A stretch of DNA of 64,000 bases from Octopus vulgaris (GCA_951406725.2 OX597814.1:222146001-222210000); one strand, 5' to 3'; counted from the stretch's first letter, positions 12,654-26,943 are shown. Notes: generated by a model from the sequence alone, not told the origin. A program made the numbers and translations.

Positions 12654-12655
<2 letters not shown>
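11836..12655 (-). mobile_element. Dong/R4 subfamily B, copy 2, frameshifted
   Basis: ORF 11934-12224 (CFLIDVSIPVDDNVSLKEMEKLSK); degenerate upstream GFLIAAQ and HWRLCQHY motifs. Confidence 0.85.
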
Positions 12656-12688
<33 letters not shown>

Positions 12689-12689
12689 T

Positions 12690-14967
12690 TTTTTTTTTCT
12701 TCTTTCAAATTTTCTTCCATTTCTTGCCGAGTGTCTTCCCGACTCCTAGGGCAAAGAAACTCATAGTATATATTGGTAGGCCATTAAACCAAACTCAGTA
12801 GTTAGTTCATTTTTTTTATTTTTTTAAGTTAAATTAAAATACATGAGCAGCAACAGTTCTCACATCGACAATGCTCTTCTCAATACGTGTGATGTACCAG
12901 TTAAGACAATCTTTTGCACTTCTTGCAGGGATGGTAAGCCAGGGATCATTCTCATATAATTTTCGGTTCCCTTCTTGATCATTCCTAGTGCTCCTACGAT
13001 CACTGGTATTGTAACCGCCTCGAGATGCCACATTTTCTCAATTTCAATGAGTAGGTCTTTATATTTTCTGAGCTTGTCAAACTCTTTCGCTGAGATATTA
13101 TGATCACAGGGGATGCTCATGTCGATCAATAAGCAAACTTTATTGTTTTGGTCTTTCACAACAATATCTGGTTTATTGGCCTTGATGGTTCGGTCTGTAT
13201 GTACTGGAAAGTCCCACAGAATCGTTACATTTTCTCCTTCAGTTACAGCCTCAGGGTGGTGATTATACCACTTGTCGGTAGTTTTGATATTGTAATGCCG
13301 ACTTATTAGCCAGTGTAGATATTGGCCAACTCTGTCATGTCTTAATTTATACTCCACTGGTGCTAAGACTTTACATCCAGAGATTAGGTGGTCCACTGTT
13401 TCAATCATGTCGTTGCAGAATCGGCATTTTGGGTCTGCTCCATTTTTCATCACATTGGCCTGGTAGTTCCGGGTTAATAGGCTTTGGTCTTGAGCAGCCA
13501 GGATGAAACCTTCGCTCTCTGCTTTTTATCCCTGAGCTCCGCAGCCACTGATGGGTTTGCTTCTGGTCAACATCAGCTTGTTTGCTGCGGGTCACATATT
13601 TGCCGTGCAGAGGTTTCTCCTCCCACCTATCAGCCAATTGCTCGTGCGCTTTTTTCATTGCCATCATTTTCACCTTCTTTGCAACAATAGTTGCCGTACT
13701 TCCCTCGGGTTGTTCAGTTTGGGTATCCTGCACGAGATCAATAGCAAATTTTTTGCTTTCCTTGATGATAGAATGAAGCTTCTTTCGTCTCTCGTGATTT
13801 TCCACGAGCTTTAGCATCCAGTCATTCGATATTTCGAGATATTTGGCCAGTCCAATTGTGGTTGTTTTGTAAGCTAGTTCAAATTGGATCAGGCCTCGAC
13901 CTCCTTGGGCTCTGGGAAGGTAAAGGCGATCTACGTCTGCCTTTGGGTGGTGCATCCTATTACAACTCAGCAGCTTGCGTATTTTTCTATCTATATTCTT
14001 TACTTCACTCATATTCCTGTTCACATTGTAGCTATAAGTAACAACTGGAACTGCTAAGGAATTTATAGCTAACACCTTGTTACGTGCATTTAGTTCAGAT
14101 TTCAGGACTGCACGTACTCTCCTATAACATTCCTTCCTGATTTTCTCTTTCATGCTTGCATGCTGAATACCAGAGCCTTCATTTATCCCTAAATATTTGT
14201 ATGTCTGTTCTTGCTCAAGCTCTCTTATGACTGTGTCAACATCTAACACGACTGAATTTGTGGTCTTCACTTTCCCTTTCTGGAAAGTGGCCTTGGCACA
14301 CTTCTCAAGTCCAAACTCCATCCCGATGTCATCGCTGAATGCTTTCACGGTGCGCAATAGGCCTTCAAGTTCATTATTGTCTTTACCATAAAGTTTTAAG
14401 TCATCCATATAAAATAGATGGCTTATTTTTTTATTGGCAATTTTATACCCATACCCTGTTCTGTTTAATTCACTTGTAAGGGGTATTAGGGCTATGCAGA
14501 ATATTAAAGGTGAAAGTGAGTCACCTTGAAAAATTCCACAGTTGATGTTTATATTTTCTGAGGCAAGTACTCCATTAGAGTGGTATAATTGGAGATTCGT
14601 ATTCCACAACGACATATTGTGCTTCAGGAAGTTTGAAATCACAGGGGAAATTTTAAAGATGTCCAGCGATCTCAAGATCCATGGATGCGGTATACTGTCA
14701 AAGGCCTTTTTATAGTCAATCCATGCGGTGCTGAGATTTCTGCGCTTGTTGTGACAGTTCTCAAGGATCATACGATTGATTAGCAGTTGATCTTTGCATC
14801 TGTAAAAGCCTCGGCGGCACCCTTTTTGTTCAATGGGTAAAATATCGTTCTTCTCCATGAATGCATATGTTTTCTCCGCCAGGATAGATGTTAGGATTTT
14901 ATACGTGGTGGATAGACAGGTTATAGGCCGATAGTTTTTGGGAAGGTTGGTTTCGTTATTCTTTGGG

Positions 14968-14970
<3 letters not shown>
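12690..14970 (-). mobile_element. Dong/R4 retrotransposon, 5'-truncated: RT + CCHC zinc knuckle + restriction-like endonuclease
   Basis: NYRPITCL, WIDYKKAFDSIPH, GIFQGDSLSP, HLFYMDD (RT); CRFC...ETVDHLISGC, RHD, KPDIVV (RLE). One frameshift in an A-run near 13525 splits ORFs 13401-14970 and 12860-13453; 5' end abuts (TAA)n. Confidence 0.95.
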
Positions 14971-15042
<72 letters not shown>

Positions 15043-15045
15043 GTT

Positions 15046-15148
15046 AGGTGAACTGGCAGAATCGTTAGCACGTCGGGCAAAATATTCGCAACATTTCGTC
15101 CATCTTAACGTTCCAAGTTCAAATTCTGGTGAGGTCGACTTCACCTTT
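15046..15148 (+). mobile_element. SINE family B, 5' fragment
   Basis: GGTGAACTGGCAGAATCGTTAGCACG...GAGGTCGACTTCACCTTT matches 4965-5197. Confidence 0.8.
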
Positions 15149-15622
15149 CTGTAGTAATAGTATTACTATCAGTAGCAGCAGTTGTTTATTTTTTGCTTTT
15201 GTCGTAGAGGCCGGGCTGGTTGTGGCTTTGGCGGAGGTGACAGTAATGAATGTATTGTTTTGCAGATGTTTTCAATCTTGATGGCATTAGGCATTAACTT
15301 TGTGATGTTCGGTTTGCTGTTGAAGCTATTAATAATAAGGCGACCCTGACGTCATTGTGCTTCATTTATAATACATTAATATGGTTGAAGAAATGAATTG
15401 TTGGAAAGATAAATAAGTACTCAACATACACACACGCGATGATGAGAGAGGAAGAGATGCAACGAGAAAGAAACGTTTATATATAGATTAAGATAAATAT
15501 ACGAAAACTATATGTATAAAGGGGGAAAAGAGTGGAAGCTAGAGAGAAGAGGAGAAGAAGACATGATGAACAGAACTAGATGGGAAAGGATATGTTTTCT
15601 AGATATGTCTATACATTCACTT

Positions 15623-15788
<166 letters not shown>

Positions 15789-16564
15789 AATGCGGTGGAG
15801 TTATATGTGTATGTGCATACATATTCATTGACACACACATACACATTTACACACAGTAGTTGTGAAGATATAAATTCGCATGTGTCAGTCTATGTATGAG
15901 AGAATGAGAAAGAGAAGAGAAGTGGAGGAGGGAGAGGATGAAACTAAAAGGATGAAAGGATAAAAAGTAACAGTTTATCATTCAGAAAGATTAGTTTTGC
16001 CTGAGCCTAAAAAAGAAGCCTATTTTACGCTATAATATTTAATTTTACATGTTTGCATTATCTTTATGCTGTCGTACTTCCGAAGTTGGAGAGTGAATTT
16101 TAATGGTTGAATAGGAAGCAAATCGAATGTCATATGTCAAATTTAGACGGATCTAGTATAGTTTGACGTATCTCATAGAGGATTTGGTTGAATTTACGAA
16201 GATAGTTCTTTGATAAACGTCAATACTTTCATTATATTGACTTCACAACTACAAACATTAGTATCAATATTTGCAATGGCTGATCCTATTCGCGTTTCTG
16301 AATAGGAAATTAAGAAAGCAATAAGGAGGTAGAGTAGTTGCAAGAGTGAACTTGCTCGGCACTGGCATACATTCTAAACACCCAAAAGAACGCACTCGAT
16401 ATTCTGATAACATGAATTCAGCAGAAACTAAAACAACACAAGAGAAACAAAACTTCCACGAAGATAATAAATCAGAACGTTTACTCTGAAATAATGGTAT
16501 TTTGGTTTAAATTGGAAACTTGATGCATAGAATATTGCATTCAGCAGAAACTTGGAACTATTGG

Positions 16565-16712
16565 CCGCCGAGGTCGACTTTGCCTTTCATCCTTTCGGGG
16601 TCGATTAAATAAGTACCAGTTACGCATTGGGGTCGATATAATCGACTTAATCCCTTAGTCTGTCCTTGTTTGTCTCCTCTGTGTGTAGCCCCTTGTGGGC
16701 AGTAAAGAAATT
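16565..16712 (+). mobile_element. 5'-truncated SINE family B with 19-bp TSD
   Basis: AGAAACTTG(G/A)AACTATTGG at 16546-16564 and 16713-16731; body matches the family B 3' half. Confidence 0.9.
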
Positions 16713-16779
16713 AGAAACTTGAAACTATTGGTTTGAAATGGAACAAGATCATTCATTCCGGAGGAGGATGTAAGGACTC

Positions 16780-16935
16780 CCAGTGCTCATATGGTACTCA
16801 TTTTAATTTTATCGACCCAGGAAGGATGATATGTAAAGTCGACCGCGGCGAAATTTGAACTCAGAACATAAAGATAGACGTAATGCCGTTAAGTGCTTTA
16901 CCAGGCGCGCTTCCTATTTTGCCAGCTCGCCGCCT
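16780..16935 (-). mobile_element. SINE family B (diverged)
   Basis: Reverse complement of head (GCCAGCTCGCCGCC) and core. Confidence 0.8.
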
Positions 16936-17431
16936 ACAGCATGGAAATATTAGAAAATCTCCTGAAGCTCTCACACTCGTGATTTATTCGTCTATGATAT
17001 TATAATAAATGATGACACGCTATTGAATTAAACAATATAACTATTTTAAGATATTCACATTCATTGCATTACATTACAATACTAACACAACGCTATCCTC
17101 AGCAAATGAAAAGTTTTAAAACGAACGCTAAACCATTATCAAGTATTTTAAAATTTAATATATATATATATACTCGACACTACAATGCGTTAAAATTATG
17201 AATTATTTTTCAATTTAATTTGAAGTTATTTGCCTCAGAGGACAAACATAACTTATGCGTGTATGTATATGCGTGCTTGTGTAAACAACCAAAATATCAC
17301 ACGTTTGATAAATTTGATTAATTCAATTTTTATTTTCGTACTATCAAAAGATTGAGGCTAAGTTTATCTTAATGCTAATTGCAGTTAGAGAATTTAATGG
17401 AACAATGACGAACTGCATCTTCGCACGAAAA

Positions 17432-17519
<88 letters not shown>

Positions 17520-17833
17520 ATTTGGTGAGAGAGAGAGAGAGAGAGAAAGAAACATTTATTGTGATATTATATAACAATTTTGGAACTGTTAAAACATTCA
17601 AGACATATGAAATACTTTACTATCAAACAACATTCAAATAACGGGAATAAATTAATGAGTAATATATGACTTTGTTTACAATTATCAATACGTATATTAA
17701 TAAGTATGTAAAGACTTACTGTGAATATTATGCCTTAACTATGTGGGTCGAATTTGAACCTACACTCCTAGTTGTATGTATTTCCTTCGCATTACTTTTC
17801 GGTTAATGTACAATGACGATATTGTATAATTAA

Positions 17834-18230
17834 CTAGCAGTATCGCCCGGCCTTGCTCGGGTTTGTAAGGGAAATAACTATAAAGCATTTTTAGAGAGTT
17901 ATAACTAAAAAGCAGCAAAAAATGCATTAAAAATGGTAAAAAAAAATATGGTAAATTTTTTTTAAATCGTTGACTCATCGTAGACATTTTTAGAGAGTTA
18001 CTTCCCTTTATTTAAAAAATATGCTTTAAAATGGAAAAAGAATTATGGTAAATTATTTTTAAAATCGTAGACTCATTGTAGACGCGCGCTAATACCCAGA
18101 AGGGCTCGATATGAATCACGACTATAAGATACCCGGTTTTGGTTAAACTGCACCGCAAAATGTGGGAGTAGTTAGGAATCTAAATCGTAGGAGACAGACA
18201 CTCACACAACTTCACTTTTATATATATAGA
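17834..18230 (-). mobile_element. Non-autonomous Helitron (~397 bp)
   Basis: Minus strand starts A|TCTATATATATAAAAG and ends CCCGAGCAAGGCCGGG hairpin ...CTGCTAG|T; inserted at AT with no TSD; internal ~100-bp imperfect tandem duplication. Confidence 0.85.
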
Positions 18231-18834
18231 TGTCATGTGTGTTCAGATTTCAATTATATATTCTATTGTGCTCAATAGAACTAGTTACCATTGAATAACT
18301 TTGAGCAAGAAATTTCAAGCCACTGATTCCATTTATTACTTTTGTAAGCAGGATTGATGCACAGTTATAGATTTGACTAGATTATTTGATTCGAGATATT
18401 AAACAAATTAATAACATTTTAATGTTCAATAACGTTTACCTTCCAGCTTATTCATTCTTCAGCTATCACCCTAAGAAACAGTAGTGAAAGTGATCTTCAG
18501 GCTCTTGACACTAGACGTCGGTTTACTGAAAGTATTTGGAACTATTAGTCATACAATTATCCTCGCATAAGTCAATAAAGTATCGCAGATTTTTTTTTTA
18601 AATTCATAAGATATTTCAGATGATCCTTTTCTCAGTTCCTCTATTTTCAGCCTTTTATTTCCGTGAGAAGTCTATTAATTTCTGTACTCCTACTGCTCTC
18701 CCCCCTCTCTCTCTCTTTCTCTCGCTCCCTCTCTCCCTATCTGTCTGTCTCTCTCTCTCTCAAGCACATCATGGCTTCTAAATTTGGATGAAATGAAGGA
18801 AAAGGCAGTCCGTCGCATAAAATGCAATATTCAT

Positions 18835-19232
18835 TTCTACTCTAGTCACAAGGCCTGAAATTTTGGGGGAGGGTGTGAGTCGATTAGATCGACCTCAGTA
18901 CACAACTGGTATTTAATTTATCAACTCCGAAGGGGTCAAAAGCAAAGATGACCTTTAAAGACATAATTTAAAGACAGAAATTAAAGACAGACGAAATATC
19001 TATTTCTTTATTACTCACAAGGGGCTAAATATTAGAGGGGACAAACAAAGACAGACATAGGTTTTAAGTCGATTATATCGACCCCAGTGCGTTGGTACTT
19101 AATTTATAGACCCCGAACGGATGAAAGGCAAAGTCGACCTCGGCAGAATTTGAACTCAGAACGTAACGACAGACGAAATACCGCGAAGCATTTCACCCGA
19201 CGCGCTAACGTTTCTGCCAGCTCACCGCCTTA
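18835..19232 (-). mobile_element. Two adjacent SINE family B copies (older partial ~18835-19000; full ~19000-19232)
   Basis: Reverse-complement matches to 4965-5197. Confidence 0.85.
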
Positions 19233-19259
19233 TAAAATACCATTATTGTCACATTAATT

Positions 19260-19470
19260 AAGGCGCTGAGCGTTATTGAGCCGGACCAAAAACTTAACGG
19301 CATTTTTTCCGACTTAACGTTCTGAGTTCAAATTCCACCGCGGATGAATTTGCGTTTCATACTTTGGTGGAGGAGGATCGATAAAATAAGTACCAACTGA
19401 GCACTGGGGTCAATTTCCTTGACTTACACCCTCCCTTAAAACTATTGGCTTTGTGCCGACATTGGAAATA
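19260..19470 (+). mobile_element. Diverged SINE family B copy
   Basis: TTAACGTTCTGAGTTCAAATTCC...GATAAAATAAGTACC. Confidence 0.7.
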
Positions 19471-20299
19471 TTGTCACATTAATTGTTTCTATGTTCTGTG
19501 TTGAAATCATTCAAAATGGTCTCAGTTTTCCATTTCGACTAAAATAAATAATTATTCATGCGAAATAGTTCTTATTTCTTTCGTGTATACTTTATGGCTG
19601 AGAAATATCAGAAGCGAGTATCTAATGACTTGATCGGTTATTTATGTATCCCAATCGGAAAGAAAGGAAGAGTCAAACATAATCTAGGCGCTCTTTAATG
19701 TAATAAAATATTAAAATAGATATACTATGCTTAAAATATACAAGAATATTAAAAATGTTTTCTCTTGTCAAATATATCAATTGTTCCTAAAATTAAAATA
19801 TTTAATCGTATGCAGAGAAAAATAATCATTTAAAATATTAAGTGAGATACAACTGTGTATATTTGGGATAAATCAAATAGTGCAGAACTTATGTGAGACA
19901 AATTATCGAAATAAGAATTTTTCAGGCACCATACCGATAATTACTAAATACTTCCCAAATGTATACTGTACTTCTTTAACCTAGAATACAGCTGTATACC
20001 TGTCATTCTCTTCAGCTCAGTGATTCAAACATGAATGATAATGTACTGACTGAAATATTTATTATTTACCTTCTAGAGTCACCTCTTTCTCTTCTTAAAC
20101 TATTAAATAACTGGCACAATATCTACCCTAACGTAGAATAGGCATTGGTTACACATACATATATTTGTCTATATTTTATTTCGTTAGCTGGTAAATTTAT
20201 AGAACGTCATACGAAACGACTTTCAAATGAAAAGTAACGCCCCTACATTGTTATGGCTTCGAAGAATTATGTTGGAAATAATAAAGTATCATAAAAGAA

Positions 20300-20500
20300 C
20301 TAAGGCACTGAGCTAGCTGAGTCACAAGCTAAATGGCACTTCTTCCATATTTACGTTCTGACTTCAAATTCTGCCGAGGTCGACTCTGCCTTTCACCTCT
20401 TCGGAGATCGATTAAATAAATACCAGTTGAGTACCATGGTCGAAAATAGTTGCCGCCTCCTACTCGAAAATAGCTTGCCTGGTGCAAACATTTTGAAGCA
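20300..20500 (+). mobile_element. Diverged SINE family B copy
   Basis: TTACGTTCTGACTTCAAATTCTGCCGAGGTCGACTCTGCCTTTCA. Confidence 0.7.
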
Positions 20501-20988
20501 AAATGTCACAACGGAACACTGAAATCAATTTGATTAATAATTAATGCGACAGAACCCTGTTAACATAGAGCTATTAGTGGCAATAAATCATTTCTTTGTA
20601 AGGAAAATTCATTGATTGAAGGCTAATAAGGTGTAACTCGAAACAACTTTAATTGAGGTATACCTGCATTTTCTTACAACTCTGCTGCTTTCTGTCTGAC
20701 TATATTATATCTTATTTTATTAATTTCACAAAAGTGATGGAACAACCCATTGGCATGTATTGACGCCCTTCCAGCGAACTGTGCTCAAATCCCCCCGAGA
20801 TTAGTAGCAGTCTTTCATCTTACCATGGTACATGAAGTCAATAACACCAAACTATAGGGCCAAATTAAACGATTCACACATCTTAACCATACGTTAGATA
20901 TTATATTGTATCATAATAAGACATATATGAACAGAAAAACATAGTTTACAATTTATCATAAGGTAGTACATATATATTCGAGTAGTAC

Positions 20989-21073
<85 letters not shown>

Positions 21074-21777
21074 GAAACCATAGCGACTGAAGAAGGGTTC
21101 TTTTCTTTGTGTTAATTGTCTTGTACTCTATTTTTTGGTTGTTTAAATAAATGTCCAGTTCCTTGGGTTTGTGTTTATGTTTTCGTTTCTCATTGTGTTC
21201 GACGTCTTTTTGGTGTCCTGTACTCATATATGCGTGTATATGTACATGTAGAGGTAGGTACGTACATATATGTTTATATATATGCATATGTTTTATTTAT
21301 TAATATATATATATATATATATTAGTGCGTGCACGCGTGTGCTACTGTGTGCGTATAGAAATGTACAAGTGAATTCTCTTCCCCACAGTGATTTCTTGTA
21401 TTATGCTTAAATGTGAACTTGTCCGACTCTAAACTTTTATTGAGCTGTTAAATTGATAACTGGGGAATGAATTTAAGATAAAAGAAATCCCTTCGCGTAG
21501 CTTCTTCCCTATCAGTTTTGACTACAGACGATTACAGAATGATATCTGACTCAGGAGAGGTTATATCATGATGAAATAGCGATAAGCTAACAAGCATTGT
21601 TATTTATTTAACGTTGTATTATCCATCATTTGTTCATACTTTTATTACCGAGTTTACTTTTGATTATTATCCGCTTTCTTATAATATTCTACATCCTACA
21701 CACGTTGTTTGCACACATATAGATTGAGTTACGCACGCTTGCTCAAACACAGACATAAATACGTTATGTGTGTGTGC

Positions 21778-21821
<44 letters not shown>

Positions 21822-22555
21822 GTATGTATTTATATATATATATGTGTGTGTGTGCGTGTAAGTGTGTGCGTGTATGTGTGTGTGTGTGCGTGTATGTATG
21901 TTTATATGATATATGTATGTATGTATATTCACAGACTGGTAGAGGTGGTTGAATGCGTTTATGCATATGCGCGACTATGTGTGTGATTCAATAAAGCGAA
22001 AATGATAACTGTATTTTCATAAGTTCCATACTTATTTTCCTAAACTCAAAATAGATTTATTTTTCCTCGGGATGTTGTTTACATATGCTGTTGTTAGATC
22101 AGGTAATGTGGGTGGTCGAGGAACGATTTCAGGATTTCCGACTGGTAGCTAAGGAAAGAAAAAAAAAGGGAAACCAAGCTCATTCAAGAGAGAAATTAAC
22201 TGGAGATGAAACATGTTCTCTACCATGATTCACTGTAGCCTATGGATAAGGTGACGAATATTTCTTTTATTCAGATGATAAGAATGTATATCATACAATT
22301 TGCTTTTTTGCAGTTGCTTTATAACTAGGTTTTATAGATTATGCTTTAGCAGCTATCGTTATTAGAGTGGAGAAAGTTAAAAGATATCAGTGAGCCGCGA
22401 AAGCAATACGGTTTCAATTATAGCCTGCATACACTTCCTTTTAAGAAACTTATGAATGCCACAAGATTTGATACTTTTGCGTATTTTACTGATGAAAGAG
22501 TTTTATTAGTTCTGGTGTGTTGTGTCTTGTAATTCATCAAACATAAGCACACGTA

Positions 22556-22628
<73 letters not shown>

Positions 22629-25270
22629 TGTTATATTTGTCAATGTTTTTTATGTAAATAAATTACTTATGATCAACGCAACTAAAGTACATTATGCTGG
22701 TGACAAGGTGTGTAAACAACAATCTGTTGTAGCCAGGGTCTTCTTTCTATTACCCACGTTTGCCAAATAGTAAATAAATATAATACCTATGCACAAACTT
22801 GATAATAATAAATAGTAGATACGTAGGCGATATGTTAGTTGCAATGGACACATAGGAAGACGTCACGAAATTGAAGAAAAACATAGAGAACAACTCACTT
22901 ATGACATTTCGAATGCTAAACTACTAAGGCGAAACATTTCTAGATATAAACACTCAGATTAAAAACCAATCGATACATGACGCCAGTATCGATACATGAA
23001 GCCAGTAATGCATATACGAATACGTACACCTACACACAGACAGTAGATACGCAAATAATTACTGAAATTTCAGTGGTAAAATTACTAGTTAAGGGAGAAT
23101 TTATAAATGAAGAACGAGATAAAGCCATCCACAGGATAAAACAAACGCTAATTAGCAACGTATATTGAGGCTACTAGACCAAGCTACTAATGAGTATAGA
23201 CTGAGATAAAAGACGAGAAATACTTTAAACAGTACCCCTATTAAAAATACACGTATTACACACAATGTGTGTTATATGAATAAAGCGCATGCCAGGAATA
23301 GAAGGAAGCAATAAAAAAATCTCTCATAAACCCGAAGAGAAAACGCGTCACGCTAACCCATAATGTAAGGCTAATAACACATTGCAAAAACAATAAAATC
23401 TAAAGCCTCCTTATCAACAACACGTCAGCAGCTTGTATACTCGGGAATAAGCTACAAATGATCACTGTATGATACAAATTTGCCAGTAAAAATAAAAATT
23501 ACTAACTTCAAGATACTAGTTGTTACTTTTACCAGACATCATAATCATCTAGGTATGATGCAGAAAGACAATGAAGTTTATTACATACATGCATACATAC
23601 ATACATACATACATACATACATACATACATACATACATACATACATACATACATACATACATACATACATACAAACAGGCAGACATACGTACGTACTTTG
23701 TGGCTGCCAACTAGCAGACGTGTATGTTAAATTATATTATCGTAGATATTTAAGAAAATGCCAGTCAATAATTTCCGTACTGAAATTGAAAGTCAATAAA
23801 AGCTTGCGCAGCATCACAAAATACTCTTACCTACAGAGCTAAGTAGTCCAGAAACAAGCAAGGACAAGATTTCCGGCTTCGCAATGGGGTGGGTATTATT
23901 TATGGGTATCTTATTCCCAGCTGTTGGATGGCCGTCGACTCAACTGCATTCATCCATTCTATGACAGCATTTTTGTTTCATCCAGGATGGTGTCCAACGA
24001 ACATCAATCTCTTCACCAAGCATATGTACAATACACACATCTAGGTTCTTCAGGAAAAAACCCCCAGCTAACACAACCCATTGAATGCAATTTGTAAAAT
24101 GAGCAGCAAAAATATGGAAGAAATTTCTGAAGTTCCAGACGTGATATTGCTTTTCTTATCTACAATCCGACGATAAAACTTTGTACTTTCGTTAGAAACC
24201 TGCTCCTTCCTTAAAGGAAGACTTCAAATAATTTAAAATGGAAGAGAACATACATAACATACGCACTCACACAACACACACACTCACACGTGTGTGTGTG
24301 TGTGTGTGTACATACGGAAAGAGAGGGGCAGGAGAGAAAAGAGAGAGAGAGAGGATGGGAGAGATAGAAATATATTCCGAGAAACGACGAGAGAACAAAT
24401 GAGTTCGAGTGAAATATTTGAAAACTAAATGAAGGAAATGATTTAGGTTATGTCGTTTAGTACGTGTGCGTTGCCGTTCTAAAATATAGATTAGAGGTTG
24501 TTATATTAGAAGTGTTGACACTAATCAATTCCATTAATGTGACAGTTCCCTGTCAACGCAGAGATAATCGTGACAATAATTCATTGTTTGTTAGTGTAAT
24601 TCAGTAAGAGCTATTTCTTTACTACTTCACCGCCTTCTGTCTGTCTTACTGATGTTCTGCTAATTTGTTGTAACATTTATGATTATATCTTTGGACTTCC
24701 AAACATTCTATCACATATCCATTACTTTTGCATTTGCTATTTCTTTCATTAGTTCTCCTTTTCTCTGCGTATTTTTTTCTCTCGTTCTCCGTTCGTACGT
24801 TTCCTCTCTTTTCCCGTTTCACTTACTATTCCCCTTTAATTCAGTACAGAACACCAAAAATTTGTGAACGGTGGTGAATTGTCTCGTAAATTGATTATAG
24901 TATATTACATTTATACATTTAATTGTCATGACTTCTACAAAATATATAAACCGTAGAAAGTCTCAATTTTACCAAAAGCATAAAGCTGAAACTAAATGAC
25001 TTAAAGTATTTAGTTTATATGTTGTGAACCATCACCAAAGCTCTTTATACGCACGCATATTTATTACGGAACAGATGATGGTAGCCTTGTGAGGCTAACG
25101 TTATGATCAGATTTTGTTGGAGAATCGTATGCTTGCAATAATGGTTTAGTTGGGCACCTCCTTGGATGTGTCTGGATGAAAGAGTGATGTATAGGGAAGA
25201 GGGTGTGAGTGAGTAAATAGGTATGTCACATGCTGTGGTTGAATTTGATAAATGGGTATTGCAGAATGTT

Positions 25271-25334
25271 CTGCCTAGATATCAATCTGCCTAGTTATCA
25301 ATCTGCCAAGTTATCAATCTGCCTAGTTATCAAT
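25271..25334. repeat. 16-bp minisatellite, 4 copies (CTGCCTAGTTATCAAT)
   Basis: Four tandem units with 2 substitutions in total. Confidence 0.9.
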
Positions 25335-25999
25335 GACATTTGATACTATGATTAACGGTGTTAATTAGTTTGGTCAACTTAAGCTGAGAAGCGAGTTTAG
25401 TAAGTGATAAAAACGTAAAGAAGACTGTTTCAATTCCCGACAAAGTACTGAGATTTACGGATCTGGAAAGAAATTGTAGAAAGCCCGAAACTAAACTGAA
25501 CGTATGCATGCATGTTTATTGGAACATTGATTAGCTAAAGAGCAAAACGCAGAAACTGCTGAATACCCTGAGAAAATATAACCCTTCATGCAAGTAACGA
25601 GTTGTGTAAATCAACAAGGAGAGAAACGTAATTTCACCCCCCCGCCCCCACAAAGAAATAAATGAAATTCTGGAATATATAAATTAATTACAATTTGGGC
25701 TCCATATGAACTTGAAAAGGTGGTCAGCAGACGGTTGAAGTGTGTTATATACGTGTTAGTATGAGGTCGACGTAAAATATTTTGCGCGAAAAAAGAATCA
25801 ACAGAACGAAATTCAAAAAATCATCTGTTGTCCCCTAAATGCATTTGGAAGTCTACAGGTGAGTACTACAAACATACATATAAAAATACACACACATACA
25901 TATATATAAATATATATATATATATATTTATATATGCACACACATACATACACACCCACACATACACACACACACACACATACACACACACATATTGAT

Positions 26000-26190
26000 T
26001 CCTAATTTTGGCCAACAATTTCGGGGAGGGGATAAGTCGATTAAATTGACCCCACTGTTCGACTGGTACTCATTTTATCGACCCCGAAAGGGATGAAAGG
26101 CAAGTTCGATCTCGGCGGTATTTGAACTCAGAACAGAAAAGACAGACGAAATGCCGCTAGCATTTTGCCTAGGGTTCTAACGATTCTCCA
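26000..26190 (-). mobile_element. SINE family B copy
   Basis: CTGGTACTCATTTTATCGACCCCGAAAGGGATGAAAGGCAAG, the reverse complement of the core. Confidence 0.8.
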
Positions 26191-26451
26191 TACATATATA
26201 TACACACACACATTAACACACACACACGTACTAACACATACATCAACATCCATTTAATGTATTTCTGCTGTGGTGGACTCCTCCAGACGGGAACTGGGCT
26301 GGTTCACTACGTATAAATAGTAGATTGACACTGCCAGTAACGTCGTTCGGCGAAAGTACGTCGTTCATACCTACGGTACATGACTTTCCATCCAAATTAT
26401 CCATCTCTCCACTCTTCAATACTCACTTTCTATAGAGTTATCTATTTGCCA

Positions 26452-26520
26452 GATGGTGCTGTTAAGTCAGACATGGCCTGGGCCAATACTGGCCAAAATC
26501 TTTCTAAGTTATTCTAAGCT
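26452..26520 (+). mobile_element. Extreme 3' tail of the LINE seen at 56905-57140
   Basis: AGACATGGCCTGGGCCAATACTGGCCAAAA..TTTCTAAGTTATTCTAAG is shared. Confidence 0.8.
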
Positions 26521-26912
26521 ATATAAAAGTTTCAAATAAATATTTTTCCCTCAGTCATATTCAAATCTCTCCCTTCTTTTCTCTTGTCCTTCCTTTCTTC
26601 TCCTTTTCATTTAAACTCTCGCACTCAAGTCCCGTTCTTAGTTTTACACCATTTCTTTTTTTTACTTTTGCGAAATTCTCTTTTGCCAAGATAGTTAAGC
26701 CATTCTTGTGGCTCGTTAGATTGTGAGAGAAGAACCCTAAGCTTTCTGATAGCTGTAGTGGTAGTCTATTATGCAAATATGGCGTAATTGCATGATAACA
26801 TGTAATCATATGAATTTTACGGGGTTGATTATATTAATCAATGCAAAAACGCATTATACACGCACGCACACAAAAAACACGTGCACACACAAATATATGT
26901 ATACATACAAGC

Positions 26913-26943
<31 letters not shown>

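Noticed and set aside
25271-25334. CRISPR-like array
   Set aside because: Contiguous 16-bp units with no spacers, in a eukaryotic context with no cas genes.
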